Position numbers and translations under genes: made by a program
Part shown: positions 18,122-26,827 of the stretch, piece after piece
Numbering within the stretch: position 1 is the first letter of the stretch
Layout: every line of letters starts with the position of its first letter
Source: Candidatus Micrarchaeia archaeon
GTDB lineage: Archaea > Micrarchaeota > Micrarchaeia > Anstonellales > VGKX01
Direction of reading: 5' to 3'
Length of the DNA: 64,000 nucleotides
NCBI GenBank assembly: GCA_041650395.1
Contig: JBAZLG010000002.1
Coordinates: 63,050-127,049 of the forward strand
Notes under the pieces: generated by a model
Told to the model about the DNA's origin: nothing
Seen by the model: the letters and a program-made list of their open reading frames with translations, nothing else
The model's database searches: none

Positions 18122-19036
18122 ATGCCGTTTGGAACAAAAAAAACAAGGAGTGGAACATTGGCGCAAAGGGCATCGACAAGGAAACGTCCCGACAGGGAGG
18201 TCAAGGTAGTAAAGCCTGAGAGGAAGATAGAGACCGGCGTGTTTGACCGGCACACCCTGCTGGTCATATCAAGGTTCATAAAAAGGAAGGTGTTTGACAG
18301 CCTCGACTACCCGATTTCAACTGGCAAGGAGGCCGACGTGTTCCACGCCACAACCCTGGACGGGAGGAACCTGGCGGTCAAGATTTTCAGGATTGAGACG
18401 TCCACCTTCAGGGCCATGGAGGATTACCTGATAAGCGACCCGCGCTTCAAGGGCATTTCCGACAACAAGTTCGACATAATCAACGCATGGACGAGAAAGG
18501 AGTTCAAGAACCTGCAAATCATGGAGGCCGCGGGAGTCCACTCGCCGCATCCGCTCATATGCAATGCCAACGTGCTTGTCATGGAATTCCTAGGCACAGG
18601 CGGCATGGCGTATTCGACACTTTTCCAGACTGGCTCGGAGTCCCCGGAATCCGACGCGAGAAGCATACTCGAGGACATCAAGAAAATGTACATCGCCGGC
18701 CTTGTCCACGCCGACATTTCCGAATACAACATAATGATGACGGACAACGGCCCCTACATAATAGACGCCGGGCAGGGCGTTGTGGTGAAGCATCCGAAGG
18801 CCCTTGAATTCCTAAAAAGGGACATTGACAACATTGCCAGGTATTTCAGGAAGTACAAGCTCGCCCTCGACACCGAAGAGGAGTACCAGAAAATCCTGAA
18901 AGCCGGCGAGGAAGCCTCGAAAAAGGAGAGGAGGATTTATTCCTGGGAACTCAAAGAGGACGAGGGCGACTGGGAAGCGGAAGGCGGGGAAGCGCCTGAA
19001 AGCGAAGATGGAAAGGAAAAGAAAGGCGAAGGCTAA
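18122..19036 (+). CDS. rio1: RIO-type serine/threonine protein kinase (Rio1-like)
   Basis: The 304-aa ORF contains ISTGKEADVFHA, LAVKIFR, WTRKEFKNLQ, VLVMEFLG and GLVHADISEYNIMM...IIDAGQGV, plus an acidic/Lys-rich C-terminal tail. Confidence 0.85.
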   Translation: MPFGTKKTRSGTLAQRASTRKRPDREVKVVKPERKIETGVFDRHTLLVISRFIKRKVFDSLDYPISTGKEADVFHATTLDGRNLAVKIFRIETSTFRAMEDYLISDPRFKGISDNKFDIINAWTRKEFKNLQIMEAAGVHSPHPLICNANVLVMEFLGTGGMAYSTLFQTGSESPESDARSILEDIKKMYIAGLVHADISEYNIMMTDNGPYIIDAGQGVVVKHPKALEFLKRDIDNIARYFRKYKLALDTEEEYQKILKAGEEASKKERRIYSWELKEDEGDWEAEGGEAPESEDGKEKKGEG

Positions 19037-19159
19037 TTAGATAATTTGGAAGACCTCAAAGCGAAGATGAGAAGGAAAAAAATGACAGCGGCTAAGCCTA
19101 TAATTGGAAGCCCATGTAGGCGAATAAGCTGGGACATGCTGGAAAGTTCTGCTGATTTT

Positions 19160-19522
19160 TCAAAAAATCCTGTATATCGCAAACCCCAATGCGAAGGACA
19201 CGAGATTGCACGCCAGCGAGAGCAGGAGGGCGCGCCTGAATTCCTGTTTAAGCAGGACGTGGTAGATTGCGGCTTCAACGATTATGGCGAATGCCTCGGA
19301 AAAAAACACGTATTCCCAATAGTTCCCGATAAAATACGGCAGGACGAACCAGAGATAGGGCAGGGTGAGAGCCGACGCGAGCACGCCTGAAAATGCCACT
19401 AGCCTGTTTCCGAGTTTTTTGGCAGGGAGATGGAGATGTTTCCTTACAAGCGCGAATAGCACGAGGGTTTCAACTGCCACTGTGATTAGAAGGGCGAATA
19501 TGAACTGCATTTCATATTGCAT
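19160..19522 (-). CDS. Hypothetical integral membrane protein
   Basis: A 120-aa ORF with 3-4 predicted hydrophobic helices. I prefer it to the overlapping plus-strand ORF 19046-19390, which has a poor composition. Confidence 0.55.
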   Translation of the reverse strand: MQYEMQFIFALLITVAVETLVLFALVRKHLHLPAKKLGNRLVAFSGVLASALTLPYLWFVLPYFIGNYWEYVFFSEAFAIIVEAAIYHVLLKQEFRRALLLSLACNLVSFALGFAIYRIF

Positions 19523-19546
19523 TCGGACACACCAGAAAAAAACCTC

Positions 19547-20155
19547 TTAGCAGGCCCCTCCGAAAAACGAGAGTATGGAGCAGAAAAGGCTCTCAAAGAA
19601 AGTCCTGCCCGCCGGCGTGCCGGTAATTTTTACAAGTGCGTAGGAGCCGTCCGGCTTTTGCGCGAGCATGTATTCAATGGTCTCGCTTCTTCTCGAATCG
19701 GAGTCTGGCACAGTGCCGCCGTAAGGCTCTATGGAGTCGGAGAGCAGCTTGACTTGCGAGTCTGCAAATGTGTATTCAAGGGTATAGACGCTGTCCCCGG
19801 ACGAAGTAGAGAATTGCTCGCTTGCCTTCTTCGTCTCGTTCATTGCGAGGGATTCCACGCCGCCAGCGGGTATAATGCCTTTCGGGACGGCGTATACGGA
19901 AAAGTGGTTGAACTTGTACCCCTTTGTCAGGCACTCGCCCTGCTTTATCAGGTAAATCTCGTAATTGTCAATCATGGGGCCTGTCACATAGCCAATTAGA
20001 ACAATGTCCGGGAACTGGTCGAGATTGGTTATTTTCACGCACCTGTCAAGTGGGTGCGTGCCGGGCATGATTACGTCCGCGAAAACCGCAGGTGAGAAAA
20101 TGGAGAAGGAAAACATGGAAATTGACAATATCAAGAGAATATGATTGATTTTCAT
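19547..20155 (-). CDS. Hypothetical secreted protein
   Basis: The ATG at 20155 gives the signal peptide MKINHILLILSISMFSFSIFSPAVFA. No family recognised. Confidence 0.6.
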   Translation of the reverse strand: MKINHILLILSISMFSFSIFSPAVFADVIMPGTHPLDRCVKITNLDQFPDIVLIGYVTGPMIDNYEIYLIKQGECLTKGYKFNHFSVYAVPKGIIPAGGVESLAMNETKKASEQFSTSSGDSVYTLEYTFADSQVKLLSDSIEPYGGTVPDSDSRRSETIEYMLAQKPDGSYALVKITGTPAGRTFFESLFCSILSFFGGAC

Positions 20156-20251
20156 GCCACACACCTGAAGATACTGGCCCTAAGGACAATAAAAACCCGG
20201 CGGGTTTGATTAGCCCAAAGCCGAACACGAGTTAATGGATAAAAATAAATC

Positions 20252-20297
20252 AGAACTCAAGATATCCTCGTCCTACGGGACAAGTCTCTTGAGTTCT
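20252..20297. repeat. Inverted repeat (11-bp stem) containing a partial copy of the neighbouring sRNA guide/D-box segment
   Basis: AGAACTCAAGA (20252-20262) pairs with TCTTGAGTTCT (20287-20297), and the loop holds an inner GTCC/GGAC stem. The 17-nt direct repeat AAATCAGAACTCAAGAT occurs at 20247-20263 and 20334-20350. Confidence 0.8.
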
Positions 20298-20336
20298 TAC
20301 ACTGAACTCACTACTCTAGTTAAGCAATAATAAAAA

Positions 20337-20406
20337 TCAGAACTCAAGATCTTCATCACGGGTTTCTTCTTTTGGAAGAAGCATCAGCAAATCTAGTGTT
20401 CATCAC
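20337..20406 (-). ncRNA. C/D-box sRNA candidate (2'-O-methylation guide)
   Basis: The minus strand reads GUGAUGA-ACACUAGAUUUG-CUGA-N24-GUGAUGA-AGAUCUUGAGUU-CUGA. Both C boxes and both D boxes are perfect and both spacers are 12 nt. The N24 segment contains a CUUCUU/AAGAAG hairpin. It lies in an AT-rich intergenic island. Confidence 0.65.
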
Positions 20407-20520
20407 TATTAGGAGATAGGAAAAATAAAGTTAATAAAACGGAGTTTTAATGCCACCAGTATTTTTAACCACCCAGCACAAATAGGACTAGCAGAGGGGG
20501 CAGAGAGTTGATAATTACAA

Positions 20521-22698
20521 ATGGGCCATCACAAGAAACACGGCAGGGACAGGGGAAAAAACAGGCAATCCGGCACTAATTACAGCGGGCAGGGCGCCAG
20601 GCAGGACAGGAATCCGCGAAATTCCAATAATCCGCGCTATTCAAATTATTCAAGAGATTCCGATTCTTCAAGATATTCCAATAATTCACGATATTCCGAT
20701 TCTTCATATAGGGGCAGGGACTCCAATTCCAAAAACAGGCCATGGCAGGACAGGACTTCCGGATATTCCGGCAGGGACAGCGGCGACAGGGCAGGCCAGC
20801 AAAGCCCGGGCGGCAGGGAAATCCCGAAGAGGGGGACAGGCCCGGCCGCGAGATATTACACCAAACTCCCAAGCTATGCTCGGGAAATCGGGCCGGTTGG
20901 CAGGGACGAGCTTGAGAACAGGGAGAAGAGCAAGGAAACCCCTGGCACCTACGACGCTTCAGGGAAACAGCAGCCTTGGCGCGGGCAGAACCAATCATCC
21001 AGCCAGGGCAGGGCCTATTCGGGGAAACCCGGACAGCAATCCGGATTCAGGCAGGATAGGCAAAACACAAGGCAGGATTCAAGAAGCTATAATGCGCCTG
21101 ATTTCAAATCCTCCAGGAGGAACAAGGCAGGGAAGTTCAGGAGGAGCGAGCAATGGAAAGAGGCCGAAGGCACTTACTCTGAAGAGCTGAAAAAAGCCAA
21201 TTGGATTCGCAGGAAAGGCCGCTCAGCCGCAAAGCGGGATTTTAGGGACATCAACCTGAAGGACATAGCAAGGCAGGCGATGAAAAGGTACGGCTTTATT
21301 GCGGATTTCCCAAAGCCTGTAATCAGGCAGGTGGACACGCTTGACCCCGCAACGCCTGAAAGGGCGATGCAGGGCGGGCGAATCAGGGATTTGAGGAACC
21401 TTCTTTGGTCGTCCATTGACAATGAGGACTCAATGGATTTGGACCAGATAGAATACTGCGAGCAGGGCCAAAACGGCGAGATACACGTCAAGGTCGCAAT
21501 AGCCGACGTTGACGCGTACGTGCCAAAATCGTCGCCTGCTGACTTGCACGCTTATGAGAACACCACTTCGGTCTATACTGGCATTGAGGTATTCCCCATG
21601 CTGCCTGACAGGCTGTCAAAGGACCTCTCGTCCCTCCCAGTAGCGGGGAACAGGCTTGCGATGGTTGTGGAATTCACTGTCATGCCAAACGGTTCCGTGA
21701 AGCCCGGGGGAATCTACCGCGCGGTTGTGAGGAACAAGGCGAAACTCGTCTACGAGACGCTTGGCGCGTGGCTTGAGGGGACTGGGCCCATGCCAAAAGT
21801 CATAGGCATAGTGCCCGGGCTATTGGAGCAGGTGAAACTGCAGGACCAGGCGTCGCTGCTTTTGGGCGGGTACAGGACAAGGCAGGGGGCGCTTGAACTC
21901 CAGACAATAGAGGCACGGCCTGTAATACAGGACGAGAAAGTCCTCGGGCTGGTAGTGATAGAGGCCAACAGGGCAAGGCATATAATCGAGAATTTCATGA
22001 TTGCTGCGAACGGCGTCATGTCGGGATACCTGGAGGACAGGGGCATACCCACAATCCAGAGGGTCGTCAGGGTGCCAAAGAACTGGCCCGAAATAGTTGA
22101 TTTTGCAAGGCAGAGGGGGACAAAACTGCCAGTGAAACCCAATGCCCGGGCGCTTACAATATTCCTTGCCCAGCAAAAACAGCTTGACGCTTTGAGGTTC
22201 CCGGACCTCTCACTTGCCATAGTGAAATTGCTTGGCGCCGGGGAATACGTCATGTATGACCAGAAAAACCCGCTCGGGCATTTCTGCCTGGCGGTGACAA
22301 GCTATACCCACGCCACAGCCCCCAACAGGAGATACGTGGACCTGATTATCCAGCGGCTTTTGAAGGCCGCCCTGTCAGGCGCCAGAAGCCCCTACGGCAA
22401 AAACGAGCTTGGCCAGATTGCCGAGCACTGCACTGAACGTGAAATGGCGTCAAAGAAGGCCGAGAGGTTCATGACAAAGGCGGAAGCCGCACTGGTTCTC
22501 GCAGGCAAAATAGGCATGGAATTCGACGCGCTTATCACAGGCTCTTCTGAAAAGGGCGTTTACGCACGGCTTTTGGACCCGCCGGTTGAAGGCAAGCTCA
22601 TGCTTGGACCCGGGAGCATGAAGGTAGGCTTGCAGGTGAGGGTTAGGCTTGTCAACCTCGACCCCGAAAAGGGCTTTATAGACTTCGAGCTTGCCTGA
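20521..22698 (+). CDS. RNB-family 3'-5' exoribonuclease (RNase R/RNase II-like) with a long disordered N-terminal extension
   Basis: The 725-aa ORF has RNB motifs (DLRNLLWSSIDNEDSMDLDQ and HFCLAVTSYTHATAPNRRYVDLIIQRLL) and an S1-like C-terminus (GVYARLLDPPVEGKL). The first ~230 aa are R/S/N/G/Q-rich low complexity. Confidence 0.8.
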   Translation: MGHHKKHGRDRGKNRQSGTNYSGQGARQDRNPRNSNNPRYSNYSRDSDSSRYSNNSRYSDSSYRGRDSNSKNRPWQDRTSGYSGRDSGDRAGQQSPGGREIPKRGTGPAARYYTKLPSYAREIGPVGRDELENREKSKETPGTYDASGKQQPWRGQNQSSSQGRAYSGKPGQQSGFRQDRQNTRQDSRSYNAPDFKSSRRNKAGKFRRSEQWKEAEGTYSEELKKANWIRRKGRSAAKRDFRDINLKDIARQAMKRYGFIADFPKPVIRQVDTLDPATPERAMQGGRIRDLRNLLWSSIDNEDSMDLDQIEYCEQGQNGEIHVKVAIADVDAYVPKSSPADLHAYENTTSVYTGIEVFPMLPDRLSKDLSSLPVAGNRLAMVVEFTVMPNGSVKPGGIYRAVVRNKAKLVYETLGAWLEGTGPMPKVIGIVPGLLEQVKLQDQASLLLGGYRTRQGALELQTIEARPVIQDEKVLGLVVIEANRARHIIENFMIAANGVMSGYLEDRGIPTIQRVVRVPKNWPEIVDFARQRGTKLPVKPNARALTIFLAQQKQLDALRFPDLSLAIVKLLGAGEYVMYDQKNPLGHFCLAVTSYTHATAPNRRYVDLIIQRLLKAALSGARSPYGKNELGQIAEHCTEREMASKKAERFMTKAEAALVLAGKIGMEFDALITGSSEKGVYARLLDPPVEGKLMLGPGSMKVGLQVRVRLVNLDPEKGFIDFELA

Positions 22699-22755
22699 CG
22701 GGGAAAAGGCTGGAAAGGCATATCCATACACCCAGTGCCACAGCCGCAAGAAAGG

Positions 22756-22770
22756 ATATATTATTAAAAA
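22756..22770 (+). promoter_or_regulatory. TATA-like box upstream of the DUF4382 lipoprotein gene
   Basis: ATATATTATTAAAAA lies about 35-48 nt upstream of the ATG at 22804, and AGGTGG (SD) lies 6 nt upstream of that ATG. Confidence 0.4.
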
Positions 22771-22803
22771 GGTCATGTATCACCAAATTTCCAGGTGGTC
22801 TAC

Positions 22804-24192
22804 ATGAAAAAGCCATTGGCAATGGCATTGCTCATATTGGTTCTGCTATTCGCAGGCTGCGCGCAGCAGCAGGCAAGCCCCCCGGCTGGAGGGGCCGGGA
22901 CAGGAGGCTCATATCCGCCTGCTGCAACGCAAGGCAGGGCGGTTTTCACTATAGCTGACAAGGCGGCGGACATGGGAGCTGTCACAAGCGTCAAGGTGAC
23001 AGTTGACAGCGTCAGCGTCCAAAGCGCTACAAAGGGATGGGTCACTGTATCCACGGCACCGCATACCTACGACCTGCTCCAGCTGAAAGCAAGCGGCAAC
23101 CAGCAGGTGCTTGCGGATTCCAGCCTTGACCAGGGCGCATACAGCCAGGCAAGGCTGCAGATATCAAGCGTGATGGTAACAGACGCGAGCGGAGAGCACG
23201 AGGCAAAACTGCCATCGGGAGACATGAAGATTGAAGGGAATTTCAATGTGGATGCCAATTCAACTTCGGCAGTGTCCTTTGACTTCCTTGCTGACAAGTC
23301 ATTGCACGTGACAGGCAAGGGCGAGTACATACTCGCGCCAGTGGTGCACATGCAGGCGAGGGAGAGGGCGCAGGTTTCAGCTGGCGCCGGGGCGAACGTG
23401 CAGGTCAGCGGCGGGACACTCACAATCGACAAGACAGTGGGCATGGACGAGAACGGCACTGTCGGGGTGAACGTCCAGATTCCCGCGGGCGCGGACCTGT
23501 CAATAGGCTCCGGCGGAGGCATAATGATAGGCGCGATGAATGCCGGCGCAAAGGCGCAAGGCAGGCTAGCCATCGGCATAGGAGGGGCGCAGGCTGGCAC
23601 TGGTGGCATAACTAGCCTCAAGCTGACAGTTGAGAGCATAAGCGCGCAAAGCTCCGAGAACGGCTGGGTCACTGTGTCGTCAATGCCAAAGACATACGAC
23701 CTTGTGCAGCTTCAGGGCAGGGAAGAGCTTGCTGCCGACGCCAACCTTGATGCGGGCACTTACAACCAGATAAGGCTTGTGGTGTCAAAGGCGACTGTCA
23801 CGGACGCAAACGGCGAGCACGAGGCTGTCATGCCCTCAGGCGAGCTGAAAATCCTTGGCAACGTGGAGGTCGAAGGCAACCAGACAGCCACCGTATCCCT
23901 GGACTTTTTCGCAAACGACTCTGTCAGGGAAACGGGCAATAGCGAATACATAGTTGCTCCGGAAGTCAGGCTCGAGACAAGGAGGAATGCCCAGGCGCAG
24001 GTCAATGCCAATAACGAACTTTACATCACTGGCGGCACAGTTGTTACAAGCACCACTGTTGGCATGAATGAGAAGGGCGAGGTCGGGGTGGGCCTTGGCC
24101 TGCCGGAAAACATCGGCATAGGTGTCGGGAACGGCCTAGTAATCAGGGGCAATGGCTCCGCAGGAGCAGGCCTCGGGCTTGGCTATGGCTAA
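22804..24192 (+). CDS. Secreted lipoprotein with two tandem DUF4382-like domains
   Basis: The signal is MKKPLAMALLILVLLFAGC. Two homologous halves are visible: ITSVKVTVDSVSVQS..GWVTVS..TYDLLQL...GAYSQARLQISSV..TDASGEHEAKLPSG and SLKLTVESISAQS..GWVTVS..TYDLVQL...GTYNQIRLVVSKA..TDANGEHEAVMPSG. Confidence 0.75.
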   Translation: MKKPLAMALLILVLLFAGCAQQQASPPAGGAGTGGSYPPAATQGRAVFTIADKAADMGAVTSVKVTVDSVSVQSATKGWVTVSTAPHTYDLLQLKASGNQQVLADSSLDQGAYSQARLQISSVMVTDASGEHEAKLPSGDMKIEGNFNVDANSTSAVSFDFLADKSLHVTGKGEYILAPVVHMQARERAQVSAGAGANVQVSGGTLTIDKTVGMDENGTVGVNVQIPAGADLSIGSGGGIMIGAMNAGAKAQGRLAIGIGGAQAGTGGITSLKLTVESISAQSSENGWVTVSSMPKTYDLVQLQGREELAADANLDAGTYNQIRLVVSKATVTDANGEHEAVMPSGELKILGNVEVEGNQTATVSLDFFANDSVRETGNSEYIVAPEVRLETRRNAQAQVNANNELYITGGTVVTSTTVGMNEKGEVGVGLGLPENIGIGVGNGLVIRGNGSAGAGLGLGYG

Positions 24193-24234
24193 GCCTTTCC
24201 TTTTTTTTCTTTTCCATTCAAAAGCCGGACGTGC

Positions 24235-24795
24235 ATGCGGATGGAAGGGCTGGCGATTTTCACCATAGGGCATTCGACCCGCGACTTGGCGGAATTTGAA
24301 AAAATCCTGCTTGGGCACTCAATAAGCCTGCTTGTGGACATAAGGACAATCCCGCGCTCCAGGCACACGCCGCAGTTCAACAGGGAAGGGCTTGAAAAGG
24401 CCCTGCCCCGGCTTGGGATAGGCTATTTGCACATGGAAGAGCTTGGCGGGTACAGGAAGGCGAGCAGGGATTCCATAAACACAGCGTGGCGCAACGCGAG
24501 TTTCCGGGGCTACGCTGATTACATGCAGACAGGGGAATTCGCGGCAGGGATTGAAAGGCTCATAACCCTTGCCAAAGGGCAAAAAACCGCAATCATGTGC
24601 GCGGAGGGCAACCCTTTCAGGTGCCACAGGTCGCTTGTGGCAGACGCTCTTGAGGCGAGGGGCGTGAAGGTCATGCACATATCGGGCGCATCCTCGGCAA
24701 GCCCCCACGCAATGACGAAGTTCGCGCTGGTGAAGGGGAAAAAGGTTTCCTACCCGAAGGGGCGGGAAGACGCTGGAAAGCTTGCGGGCTGGTAG
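24235..24795 (+). CDS. DUF488 family protein
   Basis: The 186-aa ORF contains IFTIGHSTR...LVDIRTIPRSR, YLHMEELGG and CAEGNPFRCHRSLVADAL, matching the DUF488 signature as I recall it. Confidence 0.7.
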   Translation: MRMEGLAIFTIGHSTRDLAEFEKILLGHSISLLVDIRTIPRSRHTPQFNREGLEKALPRLGIGYLHMEELGGYRKASRDSINTAWRNASFRGYADYMQTGEFAAGIERLITLAKGQKTAIMCAEGNPFRCHRSLVADALEARGVKVMHISGASSASPHAMTKFALVKGKKVSYPKGREDAGKLAGW

Positions 24796-24797
24796 GG

Positions 24798-25466
24798 TCA
24801 GGAAGACTTGCAGTCAAAGCGCGACACAATGTCGTCCACGCTATGAAGCCCTTCAAGCTTCGTGTCCTCGCCAATGAGTATTGTCGGGGAGCTTGTGACA
24901 TTGTACTGCGACTTCATAAGCTCGACTATGTCAAGCCCTATGTCCGACGCCACGGTTATGACGCGGGCATTTGAGCATTTGTTCCTGACCTGGTCCAAGA
25001 CGTCGCCCTGCACGGAGCACTCCGCGCATGGGGAATTGACGTTCGTGAAATAGACTATCGGGACTATGTCCGTGGCATTGCACATCTTTTTCTGCTGGAG
25101 CGTGTAAATCCAAAGCTCTATGTTTGAGAGGTAATAATTGTCCCTCGTCCTCTGGTAATCCGAGAGCAGGTTGGCGCTTTCAAAGTCCTTCAGCTGCCTG
25201 ACAAGGTAGTAGCCCTTGTCCATCTGCTGGCGCGTGGCAAAGTCAATGTAATTGCACACCTTTTGGGGATTGGCGTCGGCGACGTACTGGCCGTAGAGGA
25301 AGAAAAGGCGGGTCGCCTCCGACTGGGTGGTCAAATCCTCTATGCGGGAATTGACCGAGCGCTGGCGCGCGTCGTCTATGAACCAGATTATGGCTATTAT
25401 GGCAAGTATTGCCACGAATGTGCCCAGGGCGGCCTTCTTGTACACGTCTTTTGACAGTTTTACCAT
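24798..25466 (-). CDS. Membrane-anchored thioredoxin-fold protein (CxxC)
   Basis: The 222-aa ORF has an N-terminal TM helix. The C-terminal part (IVYFTNVNSPCAECSVQ ... SSPTILIGEDTKLEG) looks like a thioredoxin/DsbA-like fold. Its start overlaps the upstream GT2 gene's stop by 7 nt. Confidence 0.55.
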   Translation of the reverse strand: MVKLSKDVYKKAALGTFVAILAIIAIIWFIDDARQRSVNSRIEDLTTQSEATRLFFLYGQYVADANPQKVCNYIDFATRQQMDKGYYLVRQLKDFESANLLSDYQRTRDNYYLSNIELWIYTLQQKKMCNATDIVPIVYFTNVNSPCAECSVQGDVLDQVRNKCSNARVITVASDIGLDIVELMKSQYNVTSSPTILIGEDTKLEGLHSVDDIVSRFDCKSS

Positions 25467-26809
25467 TTCAACTCACTCTGTGAAACCTCTTTTACCAGGC
25501 TTGTTACGTAGAACCATGAGATGATTGCCGGATAGATTATTAAAATGAAGATGGCTGGCAGTATGTGCTCCGGGCCAAGCTTCACCTTGGCTATCTTGAT
25601 GGATGCGTGCAGGAAATAGACCCAGACAATCATGGACATGGCGAAAAGTATCATGGTGGAATTGGTGGCGAGTATGGACTCGAAGAACATGGGGGCGAAA
25701 TACACGGAATGCACTGACGCGGACAGGTATATTTCAAGCAGGCTCGAGAAAATCGAGGTGGCTATCCTGAAAAACAGGATTGAAAAAATCATCCATGTGA
25801 AGAAAACATATATGACCACCGCGGGGTAGGAGAATATGCCGAAATCGCCAAAGCGCGTGTCAAGCATCATATGCCCGTATTTTTGCAGGTTGAATATCGT
25901 GCCCCGAAACCAGCGTATCCTCTGCCTGTAGAGTGCCTTGAAAGTCTCAGGCACTTCGGTCGGTATGAGGACGTCCGTGCAGCATTCTATGTGATAGCCG
26001 TGGGACTGGATGCGCAGGCCCATCTCCATGTCCTCCGTTATGTTGTGCTCGTCATAGCCGCCTATTTTGGCAAGCACCTCGCGCCTGTATATTGACATGG
26101 GGCCGGGGGTCACCATCAGCCCGTTTATCTTTGCCATGATTTTCGATACGAACCCGAATGACGAGTAGTATTCGAGTTCCTGCACGCGCGTGAGGAGGTT
26201 CTTGGCCTTGTTGGCGACTATTATGTAAAGCGTGACAGCGCCCACGTTCTCCTTCCTGTAGAAATACGGGACCGACACCATCAGGGTCTTGGGGTCGGGA
26301 TAAGTGTCGGAGTCTATGCAGGCTATCAGGTCGGTGTCGCACATGCCTATGCCCCTGTTGAGAGCCGCAGCCTTGCCGCCGTTTTTCTCAAGCGTGACGA
26401 CCTCGACGCCCTTAATGGGGCGAATCTGCTCAATTGAGCCGTCGGTGCTCGCGTCGTCCATCACAATGACCCGGAAAGGGTGGGGATATTCCATCGCCCT
26501 TATGGCCTCGATGGAGCGCTTGAGGGTCCTGCCGGAATTGAAGGAGGGGACAAGGACGGTAATAGTGGGGTATTTGCCAAGCTTTGGCACGGGCAGGTCG
26601 GGCATATCCTTGTGTATCACCACGTATACAAGGCTTGAGAAGAGGGAGACTATGCTCATGATTATGAGCGCTGCGTAAATCGCGAAATTGTATGTGTAGA
26701 ACACCCACATGACAAGCAGGAAAACCAATAAAATCAGGGAAAGCTTGAGCTTTGGATGGGACAGGATGCCCCTGGGGGCTGGAGAATAGGGGGTTTGGGA
26801 CAATCCCAT
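25460..26809 (-). CDS. Family 2 glycosyltransferase, processive polysaccharide-synthase type
   Basis: The 449-aa ORF contains TVLVPSFNSGRTL, VMDDASTDGS, CIDSDT, TEDMEMGLR and QRIRWFRG (the Q(R/Q)xRW motif), with TM helices at both ends. Confidence 0.85.
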   Translation of the reverse strand: MGLSQTPYSPAPRGILSHPKLKLSLILLVFLLVMWVFYTYNFAIYAALIIMSIVSLFSSLVYVVIHKDMPDLPVPKLGKYPTITVLVPSFNSGRTLKRSIEAIRAMEYPHPFRVIVMDDASTDGSIEQIRPIKGVEVVTLEKNGGKAAALNRGIGMCDTDLIACIDSDTYPDPKTLMVSVPYFYRKENVGAVTLYIIVANKAKNLLTRVQELEYYSSFGFVSKIMAKINGLMVTPGPMSIYRREVLAKIGGYDEHNITEDMEMGLRIQSHGYHIECCTDVLIPTEVPETFKALYRQRIRWFRGTIFNLQKYGHMMLDTRFGDFGIFSYPAVVIYVFFTWMIFSILFFRIATSIFSSLLEIYLSASVHSVYFAPMFFESILATNSTMILFAMSMIVWVYFLHASIKIAKVKLGPEHILPAIFILIIYPAIISWFYVTSLVKEVSQSELKW

Positions 26810-26827
26810 ATAGCAATCCCTTGCCGG

